Assembly (NCBI GenBank): GCA_965203355.1
Contig: OZ241889.1
Coordinates: 2,560,001-2,624,000 of the forward strand
Length of the DNA stretch: 64,000 nucleotides
Origin: Candidatus Latescibacterota bacterium
Lineage (GTDB): Bacteria > Latescibacterota > UBA2968 > UBA8231
Direction of reading: 5' to 3'
In this document: piece after piece, positions 9,798 through 18,503 of the stretch
Layout: each line of letters begins with the position of its first letter
Position numbering within the stretch: the first letter of the stretch is position 1
Program-made: the position numbers and the translations under genes
Notes under the pieces: model-generated
What the model was told of the DNA's origin: nothing
The model's database searches: none
What the model saw: only the letters and a program-made list of their open reading frames with translations

Positions 9798-10922
9798 GTG
9801 GTGGAAGTTTTTAATCATCAACCCCGTAAGGTTGGAATGGAAGTCCAACGTAGGATCAATGCACTAGGTATTGGGCAGAAAATGCAAGATTTGCCAGAGG
9901 AACTATGGCATAAAAGCTTCCGTTACTATGTCAAAGAAGATCCTAGTCGCAAAGGGGGACCAAATCTGAGAATGATAAGACTTGATCCAGACCAGCCTTC
10001 TCTAACAGTAACAGGTTATATTTTCAATAAGTTTGTTCATCCATATGAGGACCGATTTATTACGCCGAGAGAAGCTGCGAGATTACAAGGATTTCCTGAT
10101 GACCTAGAATTTAAAGGGGTGCTCACTAGTGTTCAGAGTCAAGTCGGTGATGCAGTCCCAATCGAACTCGGTAGATCCATCTTTGAGTCACTAATGATTC
10201 TTTTAAAGAAACATTGGCCGAAGAAGAAGATTTTCAAAACTCTTAGTTTGTTTAGTGGAGCAGGTGGATTAGATATAGCCTCAGAGAGAATAAAATTTAA
10301 AGATAATAGTCATTTTGAGCTAGTCGCTTGTATTGAAATTGAAGAGGATCGCTGCGATACACTAAAAGGATATTTTAAAGATAAAGTAAAAGTATTTAAC
10401 GTAGATATTTCAGAAGTAACTACTGACACTTTACTTAGCACATGCAAAGTGTCAAAAGATGACATTTGGGTAATTTATGGCGGTCCTCCTTGCCAGTCTT
10501 TTAGCCAAGCAGGAAAACAAAAAGGAACCGACGATTCAAGAGGAATATTGGTTTTTGAATTTATACGTTTTCTAAAGGAAATAAATCCTCCTTACTTTGT
10601 CATGGAAAATGTGGCAAATATAAATGGTATTGAGAAGGGGTTTTTACTTAAAAAAATAGTACAGAAAATGAACAAAATAGGTTATAATGTCGAGAGTGGT
10701 ATACTAAATTCCGTAGATTATGGTAACGCACAGAAGAGAAGGAGATTTATCTGTTTGGGTTCAAAAAAAGGATGGCCAATAGCTAAATTGCCTTTACCGA
10801 CGCACTGTGAACAGGAAAATTTGCTTGGGTTACCACTTTTCAAAACAGTAGGTGAAGCGTTAGAGGGATTACCTTCACCAGAGTGCGAGAAAATTGCCCT
10901 AGAAAATGGGAAGGATCTCTAA
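9798..10922 (+). CDS. Circularly permuted DNA (cytosine-5) methyltransferase
   Basis: Motifs IX/X (RFITPREAARLQGFPD, QVGDAVP) precede motifs I (SLFSGAGGLD), IV (GGPPCQSFS), VI (MENV) and VIII (QKRRRFI); GAGGAGG before GTG. Confidence 0.9.
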   Translation: MVEVFNHQPRKVGMEVQRRINALGIGQKMQDLPEELWHKSFRYYVKEDPSRKGGPNLRMIRLDPDQPSLTVTGYIFNKFVHPYEDRFITPREAARLQGFPDDLEFKGVLTSVQSQVGDAVPIELGRSIFESLMILLKKHWPKKKIFKTLSLFSGAGGLDIASERIKFKDNSHFELVACIEIEEDRCDTLKGYFKDKVKVFNVDISEVTTDTLLSTCKVSKDDIWVIYGGPPCQSFSQAGKQKGTDDSRGILVFEFIRFLKEINPPYFVMENVANINGIEKGFLLKKIVQKMNKIGYNVESGILNSVDYGNAQKRRRFICLGSKKGWPIAKLPLPTHCEQENLLGLPLFKTVGEALEGLPSPECEKIALENGKDL

Positions 10923-11033
10923 CGTGCGCTACGTGGTGTTGGTGCCCGACGGGGCGGCCGACTATCCGCTCGACGAACTGGACGGGCAGACGCCGTTGGA
11001 GGCGGCCGCTACGCCCTGCATGGATCGCTTGGC
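10912..11033 (+). repeat. 122-bp direct repeat, copy 2
   Basis: Matches 8380-8501; supplies the methylase stop codon and the apgM start. Confidence 0.95.
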
Positions 11034-12114
11034 GCGCGAAGGGGCCGGGGGCTTGGTACAGATGATCCCGGCCGAGCGGCACCCAGGCAGCGACATCGGC
11101 AACCTCGAAATTTTCGGCTACGACAGCCGCATGTACTACACGGGCCGGGCGCCGTTGGAAGCCGCGAGCATGGGGGTCGATTTGGGCGCCGACGGGGTGG
11201 CTTTCCGCCTGAACCTGATCTACGGAGAGGACGACGTGCTGGTCGATTACAGCGCCGGCCACATCGCCAGCCAAGAAGCGGCTGAGCTGGTGGGGGCCTT
11301 GGCGGCTGAGTTGGGCGGGCCGACTTTGCGCTTCTATCCCGGGGTCGGCTATCGCCACTTGTTGGTGTGGGATCGCGGCCCAGAAGCCGTGGAAACCTAT
11401 CCGCCGCACGACATCATGGGCGAGTCCATGGCCGCGCATGAGCCGACGGGCGTCGGGGCCGATAAAATCTGCGCTCTTATGGACGCGGCCGGTCCCATTC
11501 TCGCGGCCTCACCGGTCAATGCCGCCCGCACCGCCCGCGGCGAGCGGCCAGCCAACGCGATATGGCTCTGGGGGGCCGGGCGCGCCCTGCGGTTGGCTTC
11601 TCTGTCGGAGCGCTACGGCTTGCAGGGCGGCGTTATCTCGGCTGTTGACTTGGTGCGCGGGATCGGCAAAAGCGCGGGCTTAGAGGTCATTGAGGTGCCC
11701 GGTATTACCGGATACCTCGATACCAACTACGAAGGCAAGGCCGAATACGCGCTGGCCGCCTTGCAGCACGCTGATTTTGTCTATGTCCACGTCGAGGCTC
11801 CTGACGAAGCCGGGCACAACGGCGACTCACGGGCCAAGGTGCAGGCCATTGAGGATTTTGATGCCCGCGTCGTCGGCCCGATTTTGGCGGGACTAGCGTC
11901 GATGGGGCCGCATCGAGTGCTGCTGACTCCCGACCACCGCACGCCCATTGCGCGGCGCACCCACAGCCGCGAGCCCGTGCCCTTTGTGTTGTGGGGGACG
12001 GGTATTGAGGCCGACTCGATGCAAGCCTATGGGGAGCGGGCGGCCGAGTGGGGTAGTATGCAGGTGGAGCACGGACATGTATTGATGGATTATCTAACGG
12101 AGAAATGCAGGTGA
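10924..12114 (+). CDS. apgM: Cofactor-independent phosphoglycerate mutase, ApgM family (proposed alternative homoserine kinase)
   Basis: PDGAAD, PGSDIGNL, GRAPLEAASMG, HVEAPDEAGH, TPDHRTP...TH. Confidence 0.88.
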   Translation: MRYVVLVPDGAADYPLDELDGQTPLEAAATPCMDRLAREGAGGLVQMIPAERHPGSDIGNLEIFGYDSRMYYTGRAPLEAASMGVDLGADGVAFRLNLIYGEDDVLVDYSAGHIASQEAAELVGALAAELGGPTLRFYPGVGYRHLLVWDRGPEAVETYPPHDIMGESMAAHEPTGVGADKICALMDAAGPILAASPVNAARTARGERPANAIWLWGAGRALRLASLSERYGLQGGVISAVDLVRGIGKSAGLEVIEVPGITGYLDTNYEGKAEYALAALQHADFVYVHVEAPDEAGHNGDSRAKVQAIEDFDARVVGPILAGLASMGPHRVLLTPDHRTPIARRTHSREPVPFVLWGTGIEADSMQAYGERAAEWGSMQVEHGHVLMDYLTEKCR

Positions 12115-13133
12115 CCAAAGCGTACAACGTAGCTATTATGGGCGCGACCGGCGCCGTAGGACAGGTGTTGTTAGAAATACTCGCCGAGCGCGCATTTCCC
12201 GTCGGCGAGTTGCGGCTGTTGGCCTCAGCCCGCTCGGCGGGCCGCTCCATTTCCTTTGATGGCCGCTCGATTCAGGTGCAGGAGTTAAAGGAGGATTCCT
12301 TTGGCGGCGTGGATATCGTCTTGGCTTCGGCCGGGGGCCACTTGAGCAAGCGGTTTAACCCGCACGCGGTCGCTGCGGGCGCGGTGGTCGTCGATAACAC
12401 GTCGGCCTATCGCCTGGACCCGGACGTGCCGCTGGTGGTGCCCGAGATCAACCCCGAGGATTTGGCGGCGCATCGCGGCATCATCGCCAATCCGAATTGT
12501 TCGACGATCATCATGGACCTGGCGATCTGGCCGCTCTATCAGCGGCGGCGGATCAAGCGCATCGTGGTCTCGACCTATCAGGCCGTTAGTGGCGCGGGGG
12601 CGCGGGCCATGGAGGAGTTAGAGACGCAAACGCGGCAGGTGCTCGCCGGGCAGGAGGCTGAACCGGCGGAATTCCCGCACCCGATCGCCTTTAACTTGTT
12701 TTCGCACGACTCGGCTGTTGGGCCGGAAGGGTATTGCGAAGAAGAACTAAAAATGATGCGCGAGACCCGCAAGATGTTCCACGACGACGCGCTGCAGATC
12801 TCGGCCACGACCATCCGCGTACCCGTGCTGCGGGCGCATTCCGAGGCGATCAACGTGGAGTTTGCCGAACCCTTTCCGGCAGCCGAGGCCGAAGCTGTTT
12901 TGGCGCAGGCCGCGGGCGTGCGGATAGTACACGATCCCGAGCAGAATTATTTCCCCATGCCGATTGAAGCCTCCGGCTGCGACGAGGTACTGGTCGGGCG
13001 CATTCGCCAGGATATTTCGCGGCCCGACGGCACTGGGCTGGACTTGTGGGTCAGCGGCGATCAGTTGCGCAAGGGCGCGGCCCTAAACGCCGTACAAATC
13101 GCCGAGCATCTCATCGCCCGCCAATTGCTATAA
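12105..13133 (+). CDS. asd: Aspartate-semialdehyde dehydrogenase
   Basis: GATGAVG, VVDNTSAYR, IANPNCST, STYQAVSGAG, DQLRKGAALNAVQIAE. Confidence 0.96.
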   Translation: MQVTKAYNVAIMGATGAVGQVLLEILAERAFPVGELRLLASARSAGRSISFDGRSIQVQELKEDSFGGVDIVLASAGGHLSKRFNPHAVAAGAVVVDNTSAYRLDPDVPLVVPEINPEDLAAHRGIIANPNCSTIIMDLAIWPLYQRRRIKRIVVSTYQAVSGAGARAMEELETQTRQVLAGQEAEPAEFPHPIAFNLFSHDSAVGPEGYCEEELKMMRETRKMFHDDALQISATTIRVPVLRAHSEAINVEFAEPFPAAEAEAVLAQAAGVRIVHDPEQNYFPMPIEASGCDEVLVGRIRQDISRPDGTGLDLWVSGDQLRKGAALNAVQIAEHLIARQLL

Positions 13134-13147
13134 CGAGGGAGACCGCC

Positions 13148-13957
13148 ATGGATGTCTTGAGCAGGGCAGAACTGGATTTCTTTGCCGAACAGGGATACGT
13201 GGTCGCACGCCAAGTGATCGACCGCGACCAAGCCGAGCGCACCGGGCGCGCGGTGTGGGCATTTGCCGGCCTGGACCCAGCCGATCCCGCGACTTGGTAT
13301 CGAGCGGACCGGCGCGGCATCATGGTCGAGATTTATCACCACCAAACCATGTGGGACAATCGCACGGCTCCTCGGGTTCACCAAGCCTTTAGCCAGATTT
13401 GGGGCACGGACAAGCTATGGGTCAGCCACGACCGAGCCAGCATCAGTCCGCCAGCCTTAGACAAAGAGGCACCCGAACACAATCTGCACTGGGATGCCTC
13501 CTTGGAGCAGCGTCCTTTGTCCTTTGGCGTGCAGGGTGTGCTCTATCTGAGCGACACGCCAGCCGAGCAGGGGGCCTTTGTCTGCGTACCGGGATTCCAC
13601 CAGCGTCTAGAGGCGTGGCTCGACCAATTGCCGGCGGGGGCCAACCCCGGCGAGCAAGATCTGCTGGCCTTGGGGACGCGGCGCATTGGTGCTGAAGCGG
13701 GCGACTTGATTATTTGGCGCACGGCCTTGCCGCATACGGCGAGCGTCAATCGCGGCGACGCGCCTCGCGTGGTGCAGTACATCACCATGAGTCCGGCCGG
13801 CGATGGCGCAGAGGCGCGGCGGTTGCACCGCGACTTTTGGCAGCAACGCTTGTCCGGGTTGGGTCGCTACGCCAAGGAGCGCGAGCACTACGAGGAAAAG
13901 ACGGCGGAGTTGACGAGTGTGGGGCGGAAGCTGGCTGGGGTGGATTCTTGGGATTGA
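13148..13957 (+). CDS. Phytanoyl-CoA dioxygenase family (Fe/2OG) protein
   Basis: FFAEQGYVV, LHWD, VQGVLYLSDT, AGDLIIWRTALPH. Confidence 0.85.
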   Translation: MDVLSRAELDFFAEQGYVVARQVIDRDQAERTGRAVWAFAGLDPADPATWYRADRRGIMVEIYHHQTMWDNRTAPRVHQAFSQIWGTDKLWVSHDRASISPPALDKEAPEHNLHWDASLEQRPLSFGVQGVLYLSDTPAEQGAFVCVPGFHQRLEAWLDQLPAGANPGEQDLLALGTRRIGAEAGDLIIWRTALPHTASVNRGDAPRVVQYITMSPAGDGAEARRLHRDFWQQRLSGLGRYAKEREHYEEKTAELTSVGRKLAGVDSWD

Positions 13958-13972
13958 GGGGGGCGCTGGTTC

Positions 13973-15103
13973 CTAAGCGCAGATGTGTTCGATGAAGCGG
14001 GCATAGAGATCGACGCTGGCCCGCAGTTGGTCGGTTTTGATCCATTCGTTGGCGGTGTGGGCTTGCGCGATGTCGCCCGGGCCGAGGACGATCATTTGTT
14101 TCATCTTCTCGACAAAAGCCATTCCGTCCGTGCCGTAGGCTACTGTGGTGGGTTTGCGGCGTCCCGTTAGCTTGAGTGCCGTGCGGACTAGCTGGGCATC
14201 CACTGCCGTGTAGAGCGGCTCGCCGCGATGCTTGAGCGCGAAGTCGAGGCCGTGCTTTTGTGCGCTTTGGCGGGTTTTGTCGATGATATCATCGACGTCA
14301 ATGCCGGGCATGGGGCGGTAGTGGAGGGTGCAGATGCTCTGGGCGGGGGAGATGTTGGTGGCGCGATTGTGATCGTTGATGCCGATGCACCACTCGGAAT
14401 GCGGCGGCGCGAATTCCTCGTTGCGGTAGCGGTGTGCGCTGAGCACTCGCTCGTTGAATCGCTTCATCTCCGCGAGAAAGGGAATCATCTTGAGGTTCGC
14501 GTTGAGGCCCTTCAAAGTGCTGGTGTGTGCGGGGCGTCCTTTGGCGGTGATTTGCATGGCCAGCGAGCCTTTGTGGGCGTGGACCACGCGGAGGCTGGTG
14601 GGTTCGCAGATGATGCCGCAGCCGGTGCTGGCTGCGGCAAAGAGCTTGGAATGGGCCGCGACCTTTTGCGCGCCGACGGCGTGTACCTCTTCGTCGGCTG
14701 TGACGACAAGGTAGAGCGGGGCGGCAAGATCGGCCGCCTTGAAGCGGGCGGCGGCGCAAATCGAAGCGGCGAGCGGGCCTTTCATGTCGCAGGAGCCGCG
14801 GCCGTAGAGCTTGCCGTTGGCCTCGTAGGCTTCGTAGGGGTCGCCAAGCCAACCGTCGGCGGGATTGGCGGGAACGACGTCGTCGTGGCTCATCAGGGCC
14901 AGCCCACCCTCTCCAGTGCCCAGCTTGCCGACGATGGAGAGCTTGGCCACGCCCGCCTCATCGGCGTAGGGCACCTCTTCTATTTGGAAACCAAGCTGGT
15001 CTAAGATCCCGGCTATGTGTTGGGTAACTTCGACATTGCTGGTTTGGCTTTCGGACGGGTAGGCGACTAATGCCTTGGTTAGTTTGACGACATCGAGTTT
15101 CAT
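13973..15103 (-). CDS. M20 family metallohydrolase, acetylornithine deacetylase (ArgE)-like
   Basis: SHDDVVP, LYGRGSCDMKG, TADEE, ICEPT, GPGDIAQAH. Confidence 0.88.
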   Translation of the reverse strand: MKLDVVKLTKALVAYPSESQTSNVEVTQHIAGILDQLGFQIEEVPYADEAGVAKLSIVGKLGTGEGGLALMSHDDVVPANPADGWLGDPYEAYEANGKLYGRGSCDMKGPLAASICAAARFKAADLAAPLYLVVTADEEVHAVGAQKVAAHSKLFAAASTGCGIICEPTSLRVVHAHKGSLAMQITAKGRPAHTSTLKGLNANLKMIPFLAEMKRFNERVLSAHRYRNEEFAPPHSEWCIGINDHNRATNISPAQSICTLHYRPMPGIDVDDIIDKTRQSAQKHGLDFALKHRGEPLYTAVDAQLVRTALKLTGRRKPTTVAYGTDGMAFVEKMKQMIVLGPGDIAQAHTANEWIKTDQLRASVDLYARFIEHICA

Positions 15104-15207
15104 GGCAGATTTTCTTTCGCCGAGGAGAAAAGTTGGCACAAGGTTACAAACTTAGTAGCGGGCTATCAAGGGCCTTGACCGATCGGCCAAAAGTGGTATG
15201 TATAGCA

Positions 15208-15246
15208 CAAAAGCGGCCCGCCTCCAAAGAGTGGAAGCAGGCCGGC
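15208..15246 (-). terminator. Putative intrinsic terminator
   Basis: Minus strand GGCCTGCTTCCA-loop-TGGAGGCGGGCC followed by TTTT, downstream of the 15268-15702 gene. Confidence 0.55.
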
Positions 15247-15267
15247 AGACGAATGGGGCGCGTCCTG

Positions 15268-15702
15268 TTAGCTCAGGGCGTTGTGTAGTTCAGTCCAGTC
15301 GTCGAGGTTATTGAGGTTGACGGCGTCGAGGATGCTGCCATCGTCGCTTAGGCCAGCGGCGGCGAGGATGCTGGTGCGGGTCTCGTCGTCGTGGTTGTAG
15401 CCGCGAATGGCGGCGTTGGAAGCGTCGATTTCGCGCTGGGGAATGGAGCCGCCGCGCTGGGCTTGGACCCAATTTTCAAATTCGATGTAGCTGGCTTTGT
15501 TGTCCTTGACGTAGGCTACGGCCGCGTCGCGGTCAACGCCGAGGCCGTCGAGGACCATTTGGTCGAAGCCCGCGCCGCATTCCGGGTAATCCGCCGGCAA
15601 TTCGCCAGCCGCGCTCAGGCGCAGCTTAGACCATAGGCGGGGCAGGTGAATCGCGCCGAGCGGCCCGGCGATATCCGAGCTAATGTTAGGTATAATGGCC
15701 AT
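15268..15702 (-). CDS. DUF5069-like protein
   Basis: GPLGAIHLPRLWSK...DY...GFDQMVLDGLG pattern. Confidence 0.7.
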   Translation of the reverse strand: MAIIPNISSDIAGPLGAIHLPRLWSKLRLSAAGELPADYPECGAGFDQMVLDGLGVDRDAAVAYVKDNKASYIEFENWVQAQRGGSIPQREIDASNAAIRGYNHDDETRTSILAAAGLSDDGSILDAVNLNNLDDWTELHNALS

Positions 15703-15785
15703 GAGATTCCTTCCATGGGAAATAGGTTAGAAAAAACGGCTTCAATAGTACGGTTGCTGAGGTCGGTTGTCAAACGGATATAAAA

Positions 15786-16889
15786 ATGGACAAAATACGC
15801 GTTGGCGTCATTGGGGCCGCTGGCCGCGGAAGCAGCTTTATCCCCACCTTGCTGGCCCATCCAGCCACGGAACTTACCGCCCTGTGCGATGTCTGCCGAG
15901 AAGAGGTTGAACGCCGTGCGGCCCAAGTGGGCGTTGGGCAGGTTTTTGCGGACGCCGACGCCATGCTCGACTCTGGAGCGGTGGATGCGATCGTCGTGGG
16001 TACGCCGATGCCGTGGCACGCGCCCCAAGCCATTGCAGCCTTAGCGCGCGACATCCACGTGCTCAGCGAGGTGCCGGCCGGCGTATCGGTCGAGGAGTGC
16101 CGCGATTTGACGCGGGCGGTGCGGCGCAGTCGAGCCGTCTATATGATGGCCGAGAATTACGTGTACACCAAGCCCAACACACTGGTAAAAGCGTTGGTCG
16201 AGCGCGGTTTTTTCGGCGAGCTGTACTATGCCGAAGGGGCGTATATCCACGAGTTGAAACAACTCAACGAGACCACGCCTTGGCGGCGACACTGGCAGAC
16301 GGGCGTCAATGGCTGTACCTATGGCACGCACAGCTTGGGGCCGGTGCTGACGTGGTTCGCCGGGCAGCGGGTCGCGGCCGTCTGCGCCGTGGGCACCGGG
16401 CACCACTACCGCGATCCGCGCGGCGATTGGTATGAAATGGAGGACTCGGTGACCATGATGTGTCGGCTCTCGGGCGGCGGGCTGGCGCACATCCGGGTCG
16501 ATATGCTCTCGGAGCGACCCCACCACATGGCACACTATGCGTTGCAGGGAACGGATGGCGCGTACGAATCGGCCGACGGTTTTGCGGCCGACGCCAAAAT
16601 CTGGTTGCGCAATCGCAGTGAGCAGCCGCGTTGGGAGCCCTTGGCGGCACTAGCGGAATTTTTGCCGGACCCTTGGCGGCACCCGCCCGCCGCCGCCCTT
16701 GCCGCCGGCCATGGCGGCGGTGACTATTGGGAGGTACAGGACTTTGTCGCGGCCATTCGCGGGGAAAGGGAACCGGCCATTGGTATTGACTTGGCCATGG
16801 CCATGACCCTGCCCGGCCTCGTCAGCCAACAGTCGATCGCCCAAGGGGCGGCTTGGGTGGCCGTGCCCGATTCGCGCAATTGGACCTAG
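15786..16889 (+). CDS. Gfo/Idh/MocA family oxidoreductase
   Basis: RVGVIGAAGRG, HVLSEVP, YMMAENY, GHGGGD. Confidence 0.88.
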   Translation: MDKIRVGVIGAAGRGSSFIPTLLAHPATELTALCDVCREEVERRAAQVGVGQVFADADAMLDSGAVDAIVVGTPMPWHAPQAIAALARDIHVLSEVPAGVSVEECRDLTRAVRRSRAVYMMAENYVYTKPNTLVKALVERGFFGELYYAEGAYIHELKQLNETTPWRRHWQTGVNGCTYGTHSLGPVLTWFAGQRVAAVCAVGTGHHYRDPRGDWYEMEDSVTMMCRLSGGGLAHIRVDMLSERPHHMAHYALQGTDGAYESADGFAADAKIWLRNRSEQPRWEPLAALAEFLPDPWRHPPAAALAAGHGGGDYWEVQDFVAAIRGEREPAIGIDLAMAMTLPGLVSQQSIAQGAAWVAVPDSRNWT

Positions 16890-16901
16890 CAGAGCCAAAC
16901 C

Positions 16902-18485
16902 ATGTCCAAACCCAAACTTGTGTTTTACCACGACGGTCGGCATCCGCTGATTTACATGTACGAGCCGCCGATCCAGCCGGAGGAATACGAACAGGGCGTG
17001 GACGAACTGTTGGGGACGCCGGTTGAGGCCATCATGTTCTGCCTCGGCGATGGCCGCACTATGCTGCACGACACCGAGGTGGGGGAGTTGTGGGGCCACA
17101 ATGTGAAGCGGTGGCCGCATCTGATTTTTCGCCGTGCCCACCAAAACGCCCGCGACTTAATTCGCAAGGGACGAGATCCCCTGCGCTTGATTTGCGACCG
17201 CGCTCACCAGTACGGCAAGCTGGTCTATCCGACGCTGTTGGTGCAGCAGGGCCGCGGGCCGCGAGAAGAGGACGTGCGCTGCTCGGACTTCCGCTTTGAC
17301 AACGCCCATCTTGAGATCGGGGCGCGAGACGGTGTGCCCGCCGATTTTCCTGGCTACACTTGTCTCGACTTTAAGCACCAAGCGGTCCGCGACGAGCGCT
17401 TTGCCCTGATTGCCGAGACGCTAGAAAAATATCCGGTTGATGGCTTTGAACTGCAGATGAACTACCAGCCCTACTACTTCCATCCTGACGAGGTTGCGGC
17501 GGGTCGCAAAATCATGACCGAGTGGGTGCGCCAGGTGTATGGCGCGGTCAAGCGGCGCGGGGCGCAACGCGAGTTGGCCATCCGCATTCCCCACAGCATC
17601 CGAGGGTGTTATGCCGTCGGCATGGACGTCGAGGCGTGGCTGCGCGAAGGGCTGGTTGACGTGCTGATCGGCGAGGCGTTTTCCGGCCCGGAACTGCTGG
17701 ATTCGACCCTTGATTTCCGGCCCTTGGTTGCCGCCGCCGCTGGCACGGGTTGTCGGGTATTCGCGGCTTTGCAAAGCCACGTGGACTCGGATCGCTTGGG
17801 GGAGGCGACTATTGAACTGGTGCGCGGGGCTGCTTGCAATTACTGGGCGCAGGGCGTCGATGGCCTGTACTTGGCGGACTGGTTTGGGAACTGGCCGTAT
17901 CCGGCTTCTTTTTACGAAAAGCTGCGGGAATTGCCCTATCCAGAAGTCATGGCCGCCCGCGACAAAATTTACTACGCACCGACCCCGACCGGGCGTTACC
18001 CCAATCCCCCCACCGAGCCCGGGACGACCCTGCCGTTACCGGCCTATTTGCAAAAGGGCCGCAAGGCTTTGATCACCCTAGCGGTCAGCGACGATCTACG
18101 GCGTTGGGCCAAAGTCGGTCGGGTCCACGAAGTGTTGCTGCGGGTGCGGGTGATGGGCCACACCGAGCGCGACCGGCTAAAATTCTATTTCAACGGGCGA
18201 GAGTTGCCCGCCGGTCTGTTGCGCAAAATCAACGAGATGTACCGGATGTCGGCCCCGCGCTACCGCACGGGATCGGGGTACTGGTATGCGTTTAAGTTAG
18301 ATGCCAAACACTGGCCGAAAAAAGGGAATAACACGCTCAAAGTCGAATTGGTGCGGCGCGACGCGCAGGCCCTACCGGAGATTTTCGTGCGCGATGTGGA
18401 ACTCGATATCAAATACCTGATGGGGCGCAATTTCCACCGAGGCCAAGACGTGGATTTGGGGCCGAGCGAACCATCGGGTATATGA
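16902..18485 (+). CDS. Glycoside-hydrolase-like TIM-barrel protein (GHL10-like)
   Basis: LDFKHQAVRD...YPVDGFELQ, AWLREGLVDVLI, QGVDGLYL. Confidence 0.6.
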   Translation: MSKPKLVFYHDGRHPLIYMYEPPIQPEEYEQGVDELLGTPVEAIMFCLGDGRTMLHDTEVGELWGHNVKRWPHLIFRRAHQNARDLIRKGRDPLRLICDRAHQYGKLVYPTLLVQQGRGPREEDVRCSDFRFDNAHLEIGARDGVPADFPGYTCLDFKHQAVRDERFALIAETLEKYPVDGFELQMNYQPYYFHPDEVAAGRKIMTEWVRQVYGAVKRRGAQRELAIRIPHSIRGCYAVGMDVEAWLREGLVDVLIGEAFSGPELLDSTLDFRPLVAAAAGTGCRVFAALQSHVDSDRLGEATIELVRGAACNYWAQGVDGLYLADWFGNWPYPASFYEKLRELPYPEVMAARDKIYYAPTPTGRYPNPPTEPGTTLPLPAYLQKGRKALITLAVSDDLRRWAKVGRVHEVLLRVRVMGHTERDRLKFYFNGRELPAGLLRKINEMYRMSAPRYRTGSGYWYAFKLDAKHWPKKGNNTLKVELVRRDAQALPEIFVRDVELDIKYLMGRNFHRGQDVDLGPSEPSGI

Positions 18486-18503
18486 GTTGATAAGCAAAAG
18501 AAG

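Noticed and set aside
8380-11033. attL/attR of an integrative element or IS ends
   Set aside because: No integrase or transposase and no inverted ends; the repeat is plain host coding sequence.
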